From NCBI RefSeq assembly GCF_006345805.1, contig NC_043001.1, positions 59,210,001-59,274,000 of the forward strand: a stretch of 64,000 bases of DNA, read 5' to 3'. The notes under the pieces are model-generated. The model made no database searches. It was not told the origin of the DNA and was given only the letters and a program-made list of their open reading frames with translations. Shown here in pieces: positions 14,601 through 29,312 of the stretch; within the stretch, counting starts at the first letter, position 1, and each line of letters begins with the position of its first letter. The stretch comes from Octopus sinensis. Its lineage: Eukaryota. Both the position numbers and the translations under genes were made by a program.

Positions 14601-15619
14601 GTACGGCAACTATTGCTGCAAAGAAGGCGAAAATAATGGCAACGAAAAAAGCGCACGAGCAATTGGCTGATAGGTGGGAGGAGAAACCTCCGCACGGCAA
14701 ATATGTGGCCCGCAGCAAACAAGCTGATGTTGACCAGAAGCAAACCCATCAGTGGCTACGGAGCTCAGGGCTAAAAGCAGAGAGCGATGGTTTCATCCTG
14801 GCTGCTCAAGATCAAAGCCTATTAACCCGGAACTACCAGGCCAATGTGATGAAAAATGGAGCAGACCCAAAATGCCGATTCTGCAACGACATGATTGAAA
14901 CAGTGGAACACCCAATCTCTGGATGTAAAGTCTTAGCCCCAGTGGAGTATAAATTAAGACATGACAGAGTTGGCCAATATCTACACTGGCTAATAAGTCG
15001 GTATTACAATATCAAAACTGCCGACAAGTGGTATAATCACCACCCTGAGGCTGTAACTGAAGGAGAAAATGTAACGATTCTGCGGGACTTTCCAGTACAT
15101 ACAGACCGAACCATCAAGGCCAATAAACCAGATATCGTTGTGAAAGACCAAAACAATAAAGTTTGCTTATTGATCGACATGAGCATCCCCTGTGATCATA
15201 ATATCTCAGCGAAAGAGTTTGACAAGCTCAGAAAAATATAAAGACCTACTCATTGAAATTGAGAAAATGTGGCATCTCAAGGCGGTTACAATACCAGTGA
15301 TCGTAGGAGCACTAGGAATGATCAAGAAGGGAACCGAAAATTATATGAGAATGATCCCTGGCTTACCATCCCTGCAAGAAGTGCAAAATATTGTCTTAAC
15401 TGGTACATCACACGTATTGAGAAGAGCATTGTCAATGTGAGAACTGTTGCTGCTCATGTATTTTAATTTAACTTAAAAAAAAAGGAAAAAAAAAAAGAAA
15501 GTGAACGAACTATTGAGTTTAGTTTAATGGCCTACCAATGTATACTATGAGTTTCTTTGCCCTAGGAGTCGGGAAGACACTCGGCAAGAAATGGAAGCAA
15601 ATTTGAAAGAAGAAAAAAA
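11647..15619 (+). mobile_element. Near-full-length R4/Dong-like non-LTR retrotransposon with restriction-like endonuclease, inserted in TAA repeats
   Basis: N-terminal Myb-like segment (KRNKWTREEYKEV...LANVRRDILRN), RT (QGDSLSPL, YMDD), CCHC knuckle (CRFC...EH...GC), RLE (KPDIVV...IDMSIP...KYKDL) and the C-terminal VIVGALG motif. TAA repeats flank both sides. The 5' boundary is approximate. Confidence 0.88.
11810..15440 (+). pseudogene. Disrupted single ORF (Myb-like - RT - CCHC - RLE) of the R4/Dong-like element
   Basis: Track ORFs 11810-12310, 12487-12891, 12905-15241 and 15192-15440 are collinear pieces of one protein. They are broken by stops (12308, 12889) and frameshifts (~12420, ~12530, ~12965, ~15237). 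Confidence 0.85.
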
Positions 15620-15674
<55 letters not shown>

Positions 15675-15699
15675 TATTAATAATAATAATAATAATAAT

Positions 15700-15795
<96 letters not shown>

Positions 15796-15813
15796 TAATA
15801 ATAATAATAATAA

Positions 15814-15844
<31 letters not shown>

Positions 15845-15895
15845 AATAAGAAGAAGAAGAAGAAGAAGAATAAGAAGAAGAAGAAGAAGAAGAAT
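15620..15895. repeat. (TAA)n followed by (GAA)n
   Basis: Direct reading; it abuts the 3' end of the R4/Dong-like element. Confidence 0.95.
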
Positions 15896-15899
15896 CATT

Positions 15900-16090
15900 G
15901 TTACTATAAGCACAAAGCTACAAAATTTGGTCAAGAGGCCTAGATGATTGCACCGTGCCTAGAGTTAAAGTGGTACTTATTTAATCGATTCCGAAATGAT
16001 CGAAGGCAAAGTCGACTTCGGCGGCAGACCCTAAAGGTGGGAGAAATGACACTGGACATTTAGTCCGGCGTGCAAACGATTCTGTCAGCT
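15900..16090 (-). mobile_element. Decayed tRNA-derived SINE
   Basis: Shares the core gaaggcaaagtcgacttcggcgg with the well-preserved SINE at 29513-29737. Confidence 0.6.
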
Positions 16091-16314
16091 TGTTGGCGAT
16101 AAATTTGTGGAAAAAACTCATCGATTTTATCGTTGGCAACACTTAATTAAATTTTGATTATTCCACCCGTAAGATCAAATTCAAATTGTTTTTAGCGGGA
16201 TCGGATTGATATTATGGAAACCTAGTTCGACTACTATTTTTTAAGAAATTTAATATGTCTCATTGGAATTAAGTCATAAAGATGAACTCAGTACTAAATC
16301 GTAAATGTACTCAC

Positions 16315-16377
16315 CATCTTGCTAAAGTACAGTTTTCTCCCAATGAAGTTACACTGCAGTTTGTAACTCAGTTTGTT
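16315..16377 (-). CDS. Candidate 63-nt coding exon (phase 0-0) of an unidentified host gene, NKLSYKLQCNFIGRKLYFSKM
   Basis: Acceptor ...caaatacgcag|, consensus donor ATG|gtgagt; only one frame is open. Confidence 0.35.
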
Positions 16378-17099
16378 CTGCGTATTTGAATGTTTAAAAA
16401 TTTGTGTATAAATACACAAATACAGATATACATAAGTACGTACATTCTTACATACATGCCTACATATATACATGTACATGTGTGCATGTGTGCGTGTGCG
16501 TGTACGTGTGTGTGTATGTGTGTATGTATGTACGGATTTTCGTTCTTAGGCATGTATACATGTCGGTACGTATGTATGTATACCAATGTATATGAAAGTG
16601 TGAACGCGCTTGTGCCTATGTCTGCATAGGAATATGTGAGTGTATGTTGTATGCCACATATGTTGTAAACTCAATAAGCTACGTGATGTAAAAGAAAGAT
16701 TTGATATCCATTAGAAACTCTTATTTTTAATACGAATTAGTCAAGACGAAGTGGACAATTGTCACGATTTTTACTGACCATTTGTGATTGGTCAAATTAT
16801 TGTAGTTCATATTCATCTTGATAAAGTGCAAGTTCACGTCTAAAGGTAAAACCTAAAGTAAATGCAATTCTTGGTTGATAAATTCAGGGTTTCAAGAAAT
16901 AGGTTAAATATGTGATGATAATATAGAAGAAATGAAGTCATTGTATAAAAGTGTTTATGAACATGTACAGAGGTGGTATGTAACTATATTTTTCTGAGTA
17001 AGCTATAAGAATGATAATCCAATAGACATCCAAGCAGGCAATACATCTGAGGGCCAAGATATTACGCGTCTATGTTTAAATGTTTGGAAATTAATACAC

Positions 17100-17300
17100 T
17101 GCAGACAAAGTTTAGCACAAGGTCAGCAAATTTTGGGAAAAGGTAATTCAATTACATCAAACTGTTACTTATTTCATCGACTCCGAATGAACGAAAGGCA
17201 AGGTCGACTTCGGAGAAATTTAAACTCAAAACGTAAATATGGACGAAATGCCGCTAAGCATTGCCCTCGGTGTGCAAACAATCCTGCCTGATCGCTGCTC
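17100..17300 (-). mobile_element. Decayed tRNA-derived SINE
   Basis: gaaaggcaaggtcgacttcggagaaatttaaactc core of the same family as 29513-29737. Confidence 0.6.
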
Positions 17301-17529
17301 CACTGTACAAAATATTAATAATAAGAGAAATCAATACAATGTATTCCTTTTGAATGCGTTCCACAATGTTTATAGTAAGACCAATGTCCCAAGTCTGATT
17401 GCATAAACACTGTTAAGAAGCTTTCATAAGCTTCATCAAGAGTGTGTAGTTCATCAGAACTGATGTATATTCTGGACCATAATGTAATATTTACACTGTC
17501 TCTGATGGTGACCAGGTTTTAATATTGAG

Positions 17530-17725
17530 TTCACATTTTAGTACAAGGCCAGCAATTTCGGGAGATTACTTCGACCCCAGTGTTTAACTGGTTCTTGTTT
17601 AATCGACTCAGGAAGGATGAAATACAAATCTGATCTCGGCAGAATCGCAGCTTAGAACGTAAATACAGACAAAATGCCGTTAAATAGTTTGCCTGGCGTG
17701 CTTACAATTCTACCAGCTCACCACC
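17530..17725 (-). mobile_element. Decayed tRNA-derived SINE
   Basis: cgaccccagtgtttaactgg...ggatgaaa...ctcggcagaat...gcctggcgtgcttacaattctaccagctcacc matches the same family. Confidence 0.6.
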
Positions 17726-19097
17726 TTGACCATTTTTAATAATAATATAATTTTTTTGTTAGTATCTACACCGGGATACAATAATTTATCTCCTTTTGTT
17801 TGATAATGACCTGCAATGTTTTGTATGACATATAATGAACACTTTCTAGGATATATTTTCATATGGCTCTCTCTGTCATTGCCCACTTCATATTTATGTA
17901 TGTGTTATTCTCCAAATTTGCTGTGCGAAATATTGTATTGCTTCAGTAAAAGTAAGAGTGTATACTACGCATTAAATGTTTCGATTCACTTTCTTGGTTT
18001 AGTTTTAACATTGCTCCCTGCGTTCAGTAACGTTTGCTAATAAATGATTTGTTTGTCTATAAAACTACTACTTAGCAAAAAATGGTCTAATCTATTGCAA
18101 TTACGCGTGATTTTGGTTACAGATTACAGGTTACTAACTATTGAATATTCATAATCAAGAGAATATTAGTTTTATTCCACACAAGAGATAACTTATGCAT
18201 TATTCGTGGAAATATAACTAGTTGGAAATCTTTAGTGCTAGTAAACTGTAGTAACTTGTAATCTTTGAGCACGCCTTCCAATATGTCCGTGTATTGACGA
18301 TCAATGTGATATCAGCAATTCTATACAGAGTGAAATACAAGTTATCATACACTCTATCAAAACCTCTGTAAACTGTATTTCGATGTAAAACACTAGGTAA
18401 CTATAATCCCAGTCGTATCAACTCTATTTCAATAAATGTACATGTAGATATTTATATATTCATATGCATGTGTGCGTGCATGTATTCGTGCGTAGAGACA
18501 TGGCAATTTACAAATATATTACTTAAGAGATTTTTTAAGAGCAGGCGCATAACTGAGTAGTTATATGCATACGCATATTTTCCAGTGACTGCCTATGTAT
18601 TGCTATATGTACAGAAGTTTTTGCTAGAACATATATATATATGCACGCGTGTATATGTATATATACATATGTATATGTCTGTGTGTGTGTGTGAGTGCGT
18701 GTGTGAGTGCATGTGTGCTCTGTGTGTGAGAGAGAGAGTGTACGTGCGATTTTTATTGTGTGTGTGTATATCTATATTTATACATGCTTTCTAGAATTTA
18801 AATATATCTTAATATTTCTGATTCATGCTGTGTTGTGCTTAAATAAACACTTTCTATTTAATGTCGAAGCGTCCAATGTACAAATGTATTAATTAAATTA
18901 TCCAACACAATTACTGTTTATTCTTCGATGGCTATATATAGAAACAGAACACTATGCTATCGATTAGGATAGATGTTTGGGTACGTATTGTCGGAGGATC
19001 GATTAAGATGATCCGTCAGTGTACCCACAGTCTCTTTTTCTGGTACATCAAAAGCATAGAATGAATAGATTTTCATTTAGCTGAGGTTATTCTAATA

Positions 19098-20279
19098 TTA
19101 GATCGTCAAGTATGAAATTTGTAGAAGAGAAAAAAAAAAGGTTGCTAATGTTTTATAAATACTAGGAATAGTTTTATTCATCAAAGTATGCACCCATATT
19201 GTCAACGCACTTTTGCCATTTCAGCGGTAGTTTGACCAGCCTGGAACTGTAAAAGCCTGGCAATCTAGAGCCCCAAAAATCTTGGAAAGCCTATTTTACA
19301 GCATTGTCGTTTTTTGGGGGTCTTTTTTTTTCTATCAAAGAACTTCCAACTTTTTGCGATGTGTGGTCTGGCGTTGTCTTGCAATAAAATAGGAGTGAAC
19401 GTGTTGACTAATCTAGGCTTTTTTTTTTTGTAAGTTTCTGCATCATTTGGTCAAGCTGGCTGCAGTATACTTCAGCCGTGATTGATGAGCCAGGTTTAAT
19501 GAAATCATAATGGATCACACCTGCGCCAGATCACCAATCACACACCATCAGCTTCTTTTGGTAAATTTTGCATTTTGGACTGTATTTTGGTAGCTCGTCT
19601 TTGCTCAGCCATTGTGCCTGAGCGTTTCTCACCACATGTTACAATTCGATTAAAAAATGACTCATTTTTGTGACAAGAAAGTAGCATAATGCAGTCTTCC
19701 AAACGTTGCTGGTTCTGATTTTCATTGAATTCATGCAGAACCCACTTATCCAACTTTTCATTTTACCAATTTGAACTAGATGAGTCAATATTGTTTGCTT
19801 GGTAACACTAAACGACAACAACAATCCACGGGCACTTTGAGATGGATCTGACTCGACGTTGGCTTTCAGTTCGTCATTATCCACATTTGTTTCTGGTCGA
19901 CCGCGTTGCTCAGTTGTGAGGTCAAAGTTACTAGAACGAAATTTTGCAAGCTAATTTGATACTGTCTGCTCTGTAATAACATTAAAATGAAATACTCCAT
20001 TAATATTCCGAGCTGTCTGTGATGCTGTATTTCCAAGAAAGAACACATAGTTAAAAACTCAACGAATTTCCGACTTATCTATCTCTAAACAAAAACAGCA
20101 AAACACGAATTATAAATACTTTATAAGCGCAAAAGGAGTTAGAATAAAGAAATAGATATGTCAGCTTTCTAACAAAACAAAAAAAGATAATGATTGTCAA
20201 AATATAATAATGGCACAAAATGAGCAGCTCTCAAATTTTACCATATACCTTACTACAAACTTCATTCTTGACAAGCTAA
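19098..20279 (-). mobile_element. Decayed mariner (Tc1/mariner) DNA transposon
   Basis: TIRs ttagatcgtcaagtatgaaatttgtag and ctacaaacttcattcttgacaagctaa (4 mismatches in 27), TA TSD at both ends. Transposase remnants DNDELKANVESDPSQS and KWVLHEF...RIVTCGEK. Confidence 0.82.
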
Positions 20280-21869
20280 TATTTAAATTTATTTCACAAA
20301 TTCAATTCACAGTGGGGTGCAAAACTGTAATACATGATAGTATTAACGGAAAAAAACATGCAGTGTTAATGGCATGAAAGCGTTTAGAAATTAGTTATAT
20401 AGAAGCAAGTACAATTGTAATTAAACAGGCATATATCCGGAGACGTCATACTCTAACCGTACAGGTGAGAGATAGGGAAAAACGGAAATCTTCACAGCTT
20501 TTTCTGAAGTGCGGTGATTCGTAAGTACAGTTTGAATAATATTCTTACATATTTTGCAATAATTTAAGACTTCACAATTTTTTCTCTGACCGTTTATCTG
20601 CGCAGTTACGAGTATCTTGAGAGCGATGAGGTTGTGGCCGAAACATAGAGTGATATACTTAAGAGGACGTCGTGAGGGAGTCGTCCATCTGTTTCTGATA
20701 GGTCAGTTGTGAAACACATGCCTGAAAGTGTTTGCTATCATAAACTTAGTGACACTCCGAACAATCATTCTGTTTGAAGAGCCATAGGATCTGAACAGTT
20801 TGAAAGGGCATTGCGTTCTATATTGACGTATGGGTGATTGTTGCAGTAAAAACTAGTCTGACAATCAGATAGGACTTATGAGGACGATTGTTTGATAGGG
20901 TTTAAACTGAAAGGTGGCAAAATATTAAGGGTTTCTTTGAAGTCGTTGAATCAGGGATGCAAGTGAAGGATGGAACTATTTCCTGTACAGTGTTTAAGTG
21001 TTAATCATTGTGTAAGTTCTGATTTCTGCTCCGCCGGCATCAGTGTGACCTGAGACAAATAAGAGAACCAACGAGGGGTGTGAAGTATTCAATAATAGCT
21101 GTACATAATTTCAGGGAAGAATGAACTGAAATATGACCCTAATGTAGGAAAGCACACTGAAGCAAATACCCCACTCTTTTTCATTCATTCTGAACATTTA
21201 TATGACAAAGATAGACAGAATAAGAAAACTTAATACAAACTATACAGAAAGCTCATATGCTTTCAATGATATTTTAGACTAGTTACACAGTAAAATTAAG
21301 ACAACTCATTTCTTTCTTTATCTAAGAAGTGTGGCACAAGAGAGACATGGCAAATTTAAAATTCTTCACGTACGGTCCGGACACAGATGACACAGAGGAA
21401 CGATGCTCCATCATTTTTCAAATAAATTTTCTTCCTGTTCATTCTCTTCGTTACACTTTCCTCTTGTACCTGATGTTCCCCACCCCGACTCTTTTCTGAC
21501 TTCTCTCCTTCCCTCTCATAATTTACATGCACGGGAATACACACGATACTCGCATTCACGAGAACACACACACACAATCTCCATCTCATTTTCTCTCAAT
21601 TTGTACGTGTGTGTATAACCTCTCTATCCCCCCCACACACACACCATATTTGTATTTTCTATCATGCCATAGCTAAATCCTTTCTTTTCCATCCACCAGT
21701 GTCATCAATAAATGATAGCTTCACCTGTTACAATAGCGTTAAATGTTTTTAAATCACCCAACAAGTAAAAATAAAAACATTGGACAAATACCGGTGAGCT
21801 CGCTTCGCAACCATGTGGTGCCGCACTTAATCCCATTGCGTAGTATTTTTGGTAATCATCTTTTATTAT

Positions 21870-22160
21870 AGCCCCAAGTTGATCAATGTCTTGTGCATGC
21901 ACTTGGTAAACGGAAGCTGTGTTGAGGCCCATCGTGTGCGTGTGTGCATAATCGTGTATGTGTCTTTCTGTGTTTGTCCCCCGGGAGAGTTAGACAGCAG
22001 ATGTTTGTTTCTTTATGCCACCGTAGCTTAGCGATTCGACATAGAATTCGATAGAATAAATGCCAGGCATTAAAAAAATAAGTATTTGTATCTATTTGTT
22101 TCAGTAAGCCCTTCAAAATCGTGCAACAGCATGGCCGCAAGTTCAGTGAATAAAACCAAT
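21870..22160 (+). mobile_element. SINE body and tail (cagcatggccgc-type 3' end)
   Basis: Same architecture as the copies at 41295-41480 and 42197-42382 and the inverted copy at 36280-36450. Confidence 0.55.
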
Positions 22161-23586
22161 AAAAGATAACAGGTAAAATATAAAAGAATAGAGTTCAAGA
22201 TCGACAAACGTGGCTGAACGCCGCTGGAACACTTTGGTCATAAGTATTCTCGATGAGATGTAGTCTGGAGCTAAACAAAGACCATCTCTTGATTTTGATT
22301 TTTCTGTAATTTCTCCCTCCCAAACTATTACCCTTCATATCTATTACCTCCTCTTCGCTATTTCTTTGTCTGTTTCTATCTCTCTCCACTTTTCTCGTGT
22401 TCGCTGTTTAACCTTACCCTGCCATCTGAGTTGTCTCAACCACTTACTGCTCTCTCTCTCTCCGCCCCCTTTCTCCCTCATTTTTTCGCTCTCTCTCACT
22501 CTCTCCCTCTTCCCCCTATCTATTTACTCTATTTTCTCGTCTTCACCAGATCTCTTTTTCTTCTCACAATACTCATTTTCTCACTAACACGATTACTATT
22601 ACTTCTCTGCTCCTCTCTTTTCTACATTTTCTATGCAAAATCACATCTTCCCACGTCCAAATAAAAAACCCATCACCTAGTCACTACTACCTTCTCCCTC
22701 AAAATTAATTCACACCAGCGTGTCTTCTTCGACTTCTACCTCACTTTCCTTTCCCTTCCTACATTCCAATATTTCGGGGCCCAGTGAACCATATCCAATT
22801 CAAATTGAACCTATCACTCCGCCTTTTAAATAAATGCTGAACCAATACACTTTCTTTTCTTTCCTTCGAGTAAATATAGTTCTATTGCTGTGTGTATAAG
22901 CATCAATGTGTACTTAAAACGTGGGTAAGCGTCGAGGAGCTGATTGCAACTGGAATGGGGGAGTATTTAATGAGGTACGTGCTAGATATATATGGTAGTG
23001 GTTGTGGTGGTGACGGTGATGGTGTTGGCTGTTAGTGTTGAGGGATAGGGTAAAGTAAGTAAGTGCTAGTAGTAGGGAGTTGGTGATAATAATCGTAAAC
23101 AAGAGTTGAAAATTGGCAGTGATTATGATTAAATGAGAGCCATGTTCATACTTGTGATTATGATAGTGAATGTTAGAATTAATTCATTAGTTATTTTAGC
23201 AATCATAACCAAGCCCATGATGGAGCAGTATGTTCAGAAGGTAGTTTTTTTAGTTTGGCTGCAGGTCATATTGCATGCAGCAGTGACATGGTCAGTGTCT
23301 CGATTGATGACCCACCAATAGCTATATTTATCTTGCATGTATATATATATTCATTATTTTTTAAATACGTTTTAGCCCGAAGGCTGTTGCCATGCTGGAG
23401 CACCACCAGTATAACTACTTTTTCAATGGCCATTCTTATGTGATTGGGTTTTCCTAAATGAGGGAGTTCGTTACTAGAGTCCTCTTTTAAGTTTCCTGCC
23501 TCGATATAGGTTCATCTGGGACCTTGGATAGCAGGGGATCAAATTGTTTCTTCAAATGTATGTATGTATGTATGTATGTATGTATG

Positions 23587-23617
<31 letters not shown>

Positions 23618-23811
23618 CCACATGTGGACTGTTGACGATTTTTCCCCCACCTTTTTCTTTTGGATTTTCCTGTCTCCTGTTTCTGAAGACGATCTTTGTT
23701 CGAAATGTAAAAAATAAATAAATAATTAATTAAATAAGATTTTCTTTCCTTTTCTGAGCGTCCACGCTTTTTTTTTCTTCCTTGTTGTCCTTTTCCTCTG
23801 TATTTGTTTAA

Positions 23812-23848
<37 letters not shown>

Positions 23849-24273
23849 CATATATATGTGTGCGTGTGTATCTCCGTATTCAGCTGTACGACCAACTGAA
23901 TCACCAGCACATTAAGTTGTTGCAGTAACGTGTATGTAGCAGAGCGTTTATACCGACACGTGTAGCCTGTACATTATCCTTAGATTGAATCTGAATGTAA
24001 CATTCAATAAGTACTCGGAACCTTTGAGCTACAGATACAATCCATTCGACATGGATACTGTCTCCGCCTACCTACTTTTATTAATAAGTTAAGGGTCTAT
24101 ACGAGGCTATGGATAAGTCACTTGCCGAAGGTGTCACGCAGTTGAAAAGAAAGAATATGAGATGATTCGTTTCTGCGACATGAAGTTAATCATTGCGACA
24201 CACACACACAAATACGCATAGATATACACACGCACACACATATATGCACATATGCATAAAGTTTACCAGTCCC

Positions 24274-24308
<35 letters not shown>

Positions 24309-24449
24309 TATAAATATACTCACATACAAATAGACAAAGAGAGAGGGAGAAGAAAGAGAAAAGAAGGAAGAAAGATAGAAAAGAAAGAAAGAAACAAACA
24401 AACAAAGAGTAGGAGAGAATATGGAAGAAAAACAAAGAAAAGAAGCTTA

Positions 24450-25170
24450 CAGTGAAGTGGACAGACTAACATTGACAGAAGTAGAGATTGAAGAAGGAAA
24501 GGCATTACGCGTAAACATTTGGGATGGCAGCAGTCAACCTTAGCTAATTCCATTCAATGTTCAGTGAAATGGCCATTGTCTTGTGCGTGGCTCTTTCTGT
24601 GTCATTTGGGAGCAGTAAGGCTGCCGCTGCTGTAGTTGCTCCTGCTGCTTTTGTGCGGTTGCTCTAATTGTTTATCCCTAGGCATGTCCTCACAGAATAC
24701 ATTGCTGTGTAACCAGATGAAACCCTTAAAAATGGTGTTTTTATATATCAAGTGCTACGCTATACTATGTCCGACCTTTTCTGTAAATGGACAGATCTGA
24801 GTGAGATTTAGATGCTATTTCTAGCATATTAAGCGAATAATTAGGGATTTCTTTATCGAACTAAATAAGCTAGTATATGTGTGGTTGCGGGTGGTAATAT
24901 CATTGTTGTTGATACTTATATTGGTACCCATTGTGGGAGCTTTCTTTACTTGATTAGCGAATTGTTTGATTAGTTGGCAGATTGGTGTGGTAATACTTAT
25001 ATCACTTATATGAGGATATTTTGTTAGGACAAATTATACTGCACTAGATACAATGAATTAAAGTCTCATATTAATTTTTGGTGCAAAATACACTCTCGTC
25101 GCTAATATATTTTTAACAGGTTTGGTGTGAATTTTTCCTTGGTGTTGTCCTTCTCAGCATAGTCAACGGT
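24450..25170 (-). mobile_element. Highly decayed element, possibly Penelope-like
   Basis: Non-microsatellite block with weak Cys/His patterns (HQTC.KYI...C..C) on the minus strand; no clean ORF. Confidence 0.25.
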
Positions 25171-25718
25171 AAGTGATCATGAAATCATTCACTGAATGAT
25201 AGACATTATTAAATTTCTTCCAACCACTTGAAGTTTTTCAAAATTTCACCGGATTATGTTCAAAAATGTAGTTCTTATGTTATTTCGCATTCTGATGACA
25301 AAACGCATGTTCATTTTGTTTTACAAATTAATAACGAAAAAGGTTATAAGCGTTTGAAATTATGCAATTTTAGTCAGTCGAAAAGTTCCATCGCCGATGG
25401 AGATCAACATACACAGCGAAGTTGAAACCCTTACACGGTCTCTTGAACTGCTAAAATAGCAGCCAAATTTTCCTTAAACTATCTCTTAACATCAAAGAAC
25501 AAAAAACTTTAATTTTTGGTTTGCGGTAAAATTTCTACTGACATTTTTCATTCATAATAAGAGAATAAATGCATCACAATATAGTCTTAACTTCACAGCG
25601 ACACTAGAAGTTTTCGTTTTATGCAATCATAAAAACATTGCATGTATTAATAACAAACACGTACTCAGAGTTTGTAGTATTAAATATTATGAAATTGTGC
25701 GCGTCTGTGGGCGAGTGC

Positions 25719-25811
<93 letters not shown>

Positions 25812-28803
25812 GTATGTTTGTCAGCGTGTAGTTCAAGGAATATTTGGTTGCCATTTCTAGCCAGTCAAGTGATGACGTGAAGTTTTCGACTTCGATGTGT
25901 ATGCTGATTTCCATGGAGCTTTCTCATTCGCTAAAATTACAAAGCTTGTAACCTTTGTTTTATTCAGTCATCAGAATGCGGAACTATATCAATTCTTTAT
26001 GGTTATCTAATTGGTCAAATATTCAAGGCTTGTCATTGATGTGATTATGAATCTTGCAAATCAAATACGAGAACGAAGATCTAAAATGATTTCCGTCATA
26101 CCAATTCCGTCTCTTTGCAATCATGTTACTATTAAAGAGTAGATTATGAACTGAGAGCAATTTGGCTGCTATTTCCAACTAGTTGAGCAATAAAGGGTAT
26201 TGGCACAATCGATGGCTGATGGTGATAGAGGCAGCAACGGAATTCATATTTGAAACGTAAGAAGTAGTAGTAGTAGTAGTAGTAATAGTTGTTGTTGGTG
26301 GTGTAGTGAAGGTGCTGTGTATGCGTGTATAAAAACGTTTGTGTTCATTATTATTGCTTGTATTGTTGTCAGTAGGTTAAAGAGTCATTAACAAAGACTT
26401 GGATTTGGTGCTTCCTCAGCATGATTTGATTCGGTGATTGCTATGTATCGCAATTATTGAACAAAAGAAGTACTGAGGGGAAGGAACTTCTAGCATGTTA
26501 GTTGGAGAATCACTAAATATCTGACATCAAGTGTGACGAGCAATGTCTATAAAATGGTGCGAAAAATTTGCTCCACACAAAGTCCTTCTTTCAAAGAAGC
26601 TATTTTCCAACCACCATACGACAGATGATATATGTACATATATTGCTGTGCGTGTGTGTGCGTGAGTAGGTGTGCATGTGTGTGTTTGTGTGTGTGTGTG
26701 TGTGTGTCTATGTGTGCGTGTGTGTATGTATGTATGTATGTATGTATGTATGTATGTATATATGTACATATGTATGTATGTATCTATGCAGATTTGTAGG
26801 TTCTGCTTTATGTATGTATTCTCATGCATATATTTGCATATCTAGACATACTCATATATTTAAATGAGAAACTTCTGGAAAGGTTTACATGTGTGTATGT
26901 ACATACAGGTTCTATGCACAAACGATGTGCAGGGTATTAATATAGAGATGAGCAGCACGGTGAAAGAAATACATACCAACTATATATTCTAAAAGCTAAT
27001 CGGATTTTATATATGTTTACATGCACTAACAGTCACTCCCACAGAGACATATTTGTGTGCGCATGAACACAAATGTGTGTGTATTTGCATATGTATGTAT
27101 ATCTACGCACACGCAGGCACATACGCGCGCGCGATAACGATAATGGTTCAAAGAGAAACATTGACTATATTATACAAAGTAGGCCTCTAAAATTAAGATA
27201 GTTATTTGAGGTAAATGACTGCTCTTTTTAGAAATATCGAGCGAGTATACCCTCATGTTAACTATGATCATAAAGGAATATGATCAAAAATATTCGCCCA
27301 AGCATTCTTGTCTTCTTTTTGAACAGGAAAGTATACTGTGCAACTGTTTTTAAGAGTGAACGTAGCTTGAAACGAAGCTGTTATTTTCAGCAAGACATGC
27401 GGTCACATAGACGCACTTTCGCTGTTTCGGCAGCTACAATGTTGATAGCAGCGGCACGGAATTGTCGTGTTTAAAGATTGACAGAAATTAAAATCAAAGG
27501 AGGAGACACAAAGCATGCTGAAGTGTATTTCGGTTGGTGGTGTGTGTTGAGAGGCATAATTTAGAGAAAAGCTGTGCCAAAGAAGATGGACAGCTGAGAA
27601 ACTAATGCCAACGGACCAGAGAAGAAATTAGGCTGATAGAGACAAAAGCAGTTTCATAATTAGAGAGTGGTGAAGGGGAAATCAGAGAACGCGTTACTCA
27701 GCCAGCTAGTCAAGTAGCCAGGCAGATTGTTAGGAAGGGTGGACGGATAGTTTGTTGTTTGTTGAGAGTGTTAAGGCGGTCAAGCAATCAAAACAAGAGT
27801 AGAGACAATGCTGAAAGTGGTGGCAGTGGGAGAGTTGGTTATAAGGAAGTCAACGGATTGCGCATGCTAGGGTTTTGCTAGCAACAAGGGTAATTACACA
27901 CACAAAAACACACACACGCAAGCACGTGCACACATATAGACATACATAAATGTGAGTGTATACATACATACATATACATACGCGCGTGCAAACACACATA
28001 TATTTATATATACATATATATATAATGCAAAAGTGAGACAAGAACGCAGAACATATATACACACATATATGTACGCACAAAATATACATGCGTACATGCA
28101 AATGCATAGACGTGTATGTGACTGATCATGCGAGTGTTAAAATGACTGAGCCATGAGGTCGACGATTAATGAACAAATATTTCGTGATCAAGTTAGTCAG
28201 CGTTTCCTTTTTGTTTGTTTTTTGTTTACTTTTATTTTAGTTTACTGTTGTTTATTTTTGTTTTAGCATCTCCGGAATACTTTTCTCCTGACCTACTCTC
28301 CACGTTACTTCCTGTCTCAAATAATATACACCCATAAGTATATATATACCTATATATCTATAGATAGATATGGATAAGCAGATGTTTTATCTTTTATTTC
28401 TTTAGGTCACTTTAACTGAGCCATACTGGGGCTCTCTTTCACACACACAGATACAGACACACATATACACGTGTGTGTGTGTGTATGTATGGATATAAAT
28501 TTTTCTGAGAGTGAGATAAAAATCTATGGCTGTGAAAGATTTTAGAACGTTTATAAATAGAAAGTCTTACACCTGTTTCCGGAATATATTATACATACCG
28601 TCATCGGAGACGGTGTGAAGAAATGGTTAAGCAATGGTTATTTTAGATAAGATATAAAATAGAGATTGAAGTGGAGGAATGAAAATAGACGTGATATATG
28701 CAAGGATATTGCATTTATAGATCCATTATTTAGGCAGAATGGTATACATATAAGATTCCAGTACCCTTTTCTTCTAGAACTTCATCCAAGAAAAATTACT
28801 CAC

Positions 28804-28835
28804 CTTTTTTCCATTGGGGGGTTAGTGGCCCGTAG
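28804..28835 (-). CDS. Candidate 32-nt micro-exon (LRATNPPMEK or YGPLTPQWKK)
   Basis: Acceptor caattttcatag|, consensus donor AAG|gtgagt. Confidence 0.35.
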
Positions 28836-29116
28836 CTATGAAAATTGAATGCTCACAAATTTGATCTTAGCTACAGTGGCCAGTCTAAATTTAAGCTGCA
28901 TCTTATGCGCTGAAAATGAGGATGAAATACTCGGAGATTCACATTTTTTTGTGATCAGGTACCTAAGCACTTCACACTTGAAATTTCGAGTTGTAAATCC
29001 TCCAGTCTAATCTCTAAATATGCATTATGTTATTCTATTCTACAAAAAAGGAGTGAGTAATATTTTCGTCTAATTGCGACCCCCAGCTTAACGTTTTCGT
29101 TCTCTCACTCCTCCTT

Positions 29117-29154
<38 letters not shown>

Positions 29155-29252
29155 CGTGTGTATGTGATGTTCTCTGTGAATTTTGCATAGAAACAAACAG
29201 ATTGTATATAGAACATACAATTTAATATAATATACTTGCATGGAAACAGATA

Positions 29253-29312
<60 letters not shown>

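Noticed and set aside
20440-21110. Possible Penelope GIY-YIG remnant on the minus strand and the motif gcgatgaggttgtggccgaaac at ~20624-20645
   Set aside because: Peptide resemblance is too weak with many stops; the motif lacks U4 and has no stem I/III pairing.
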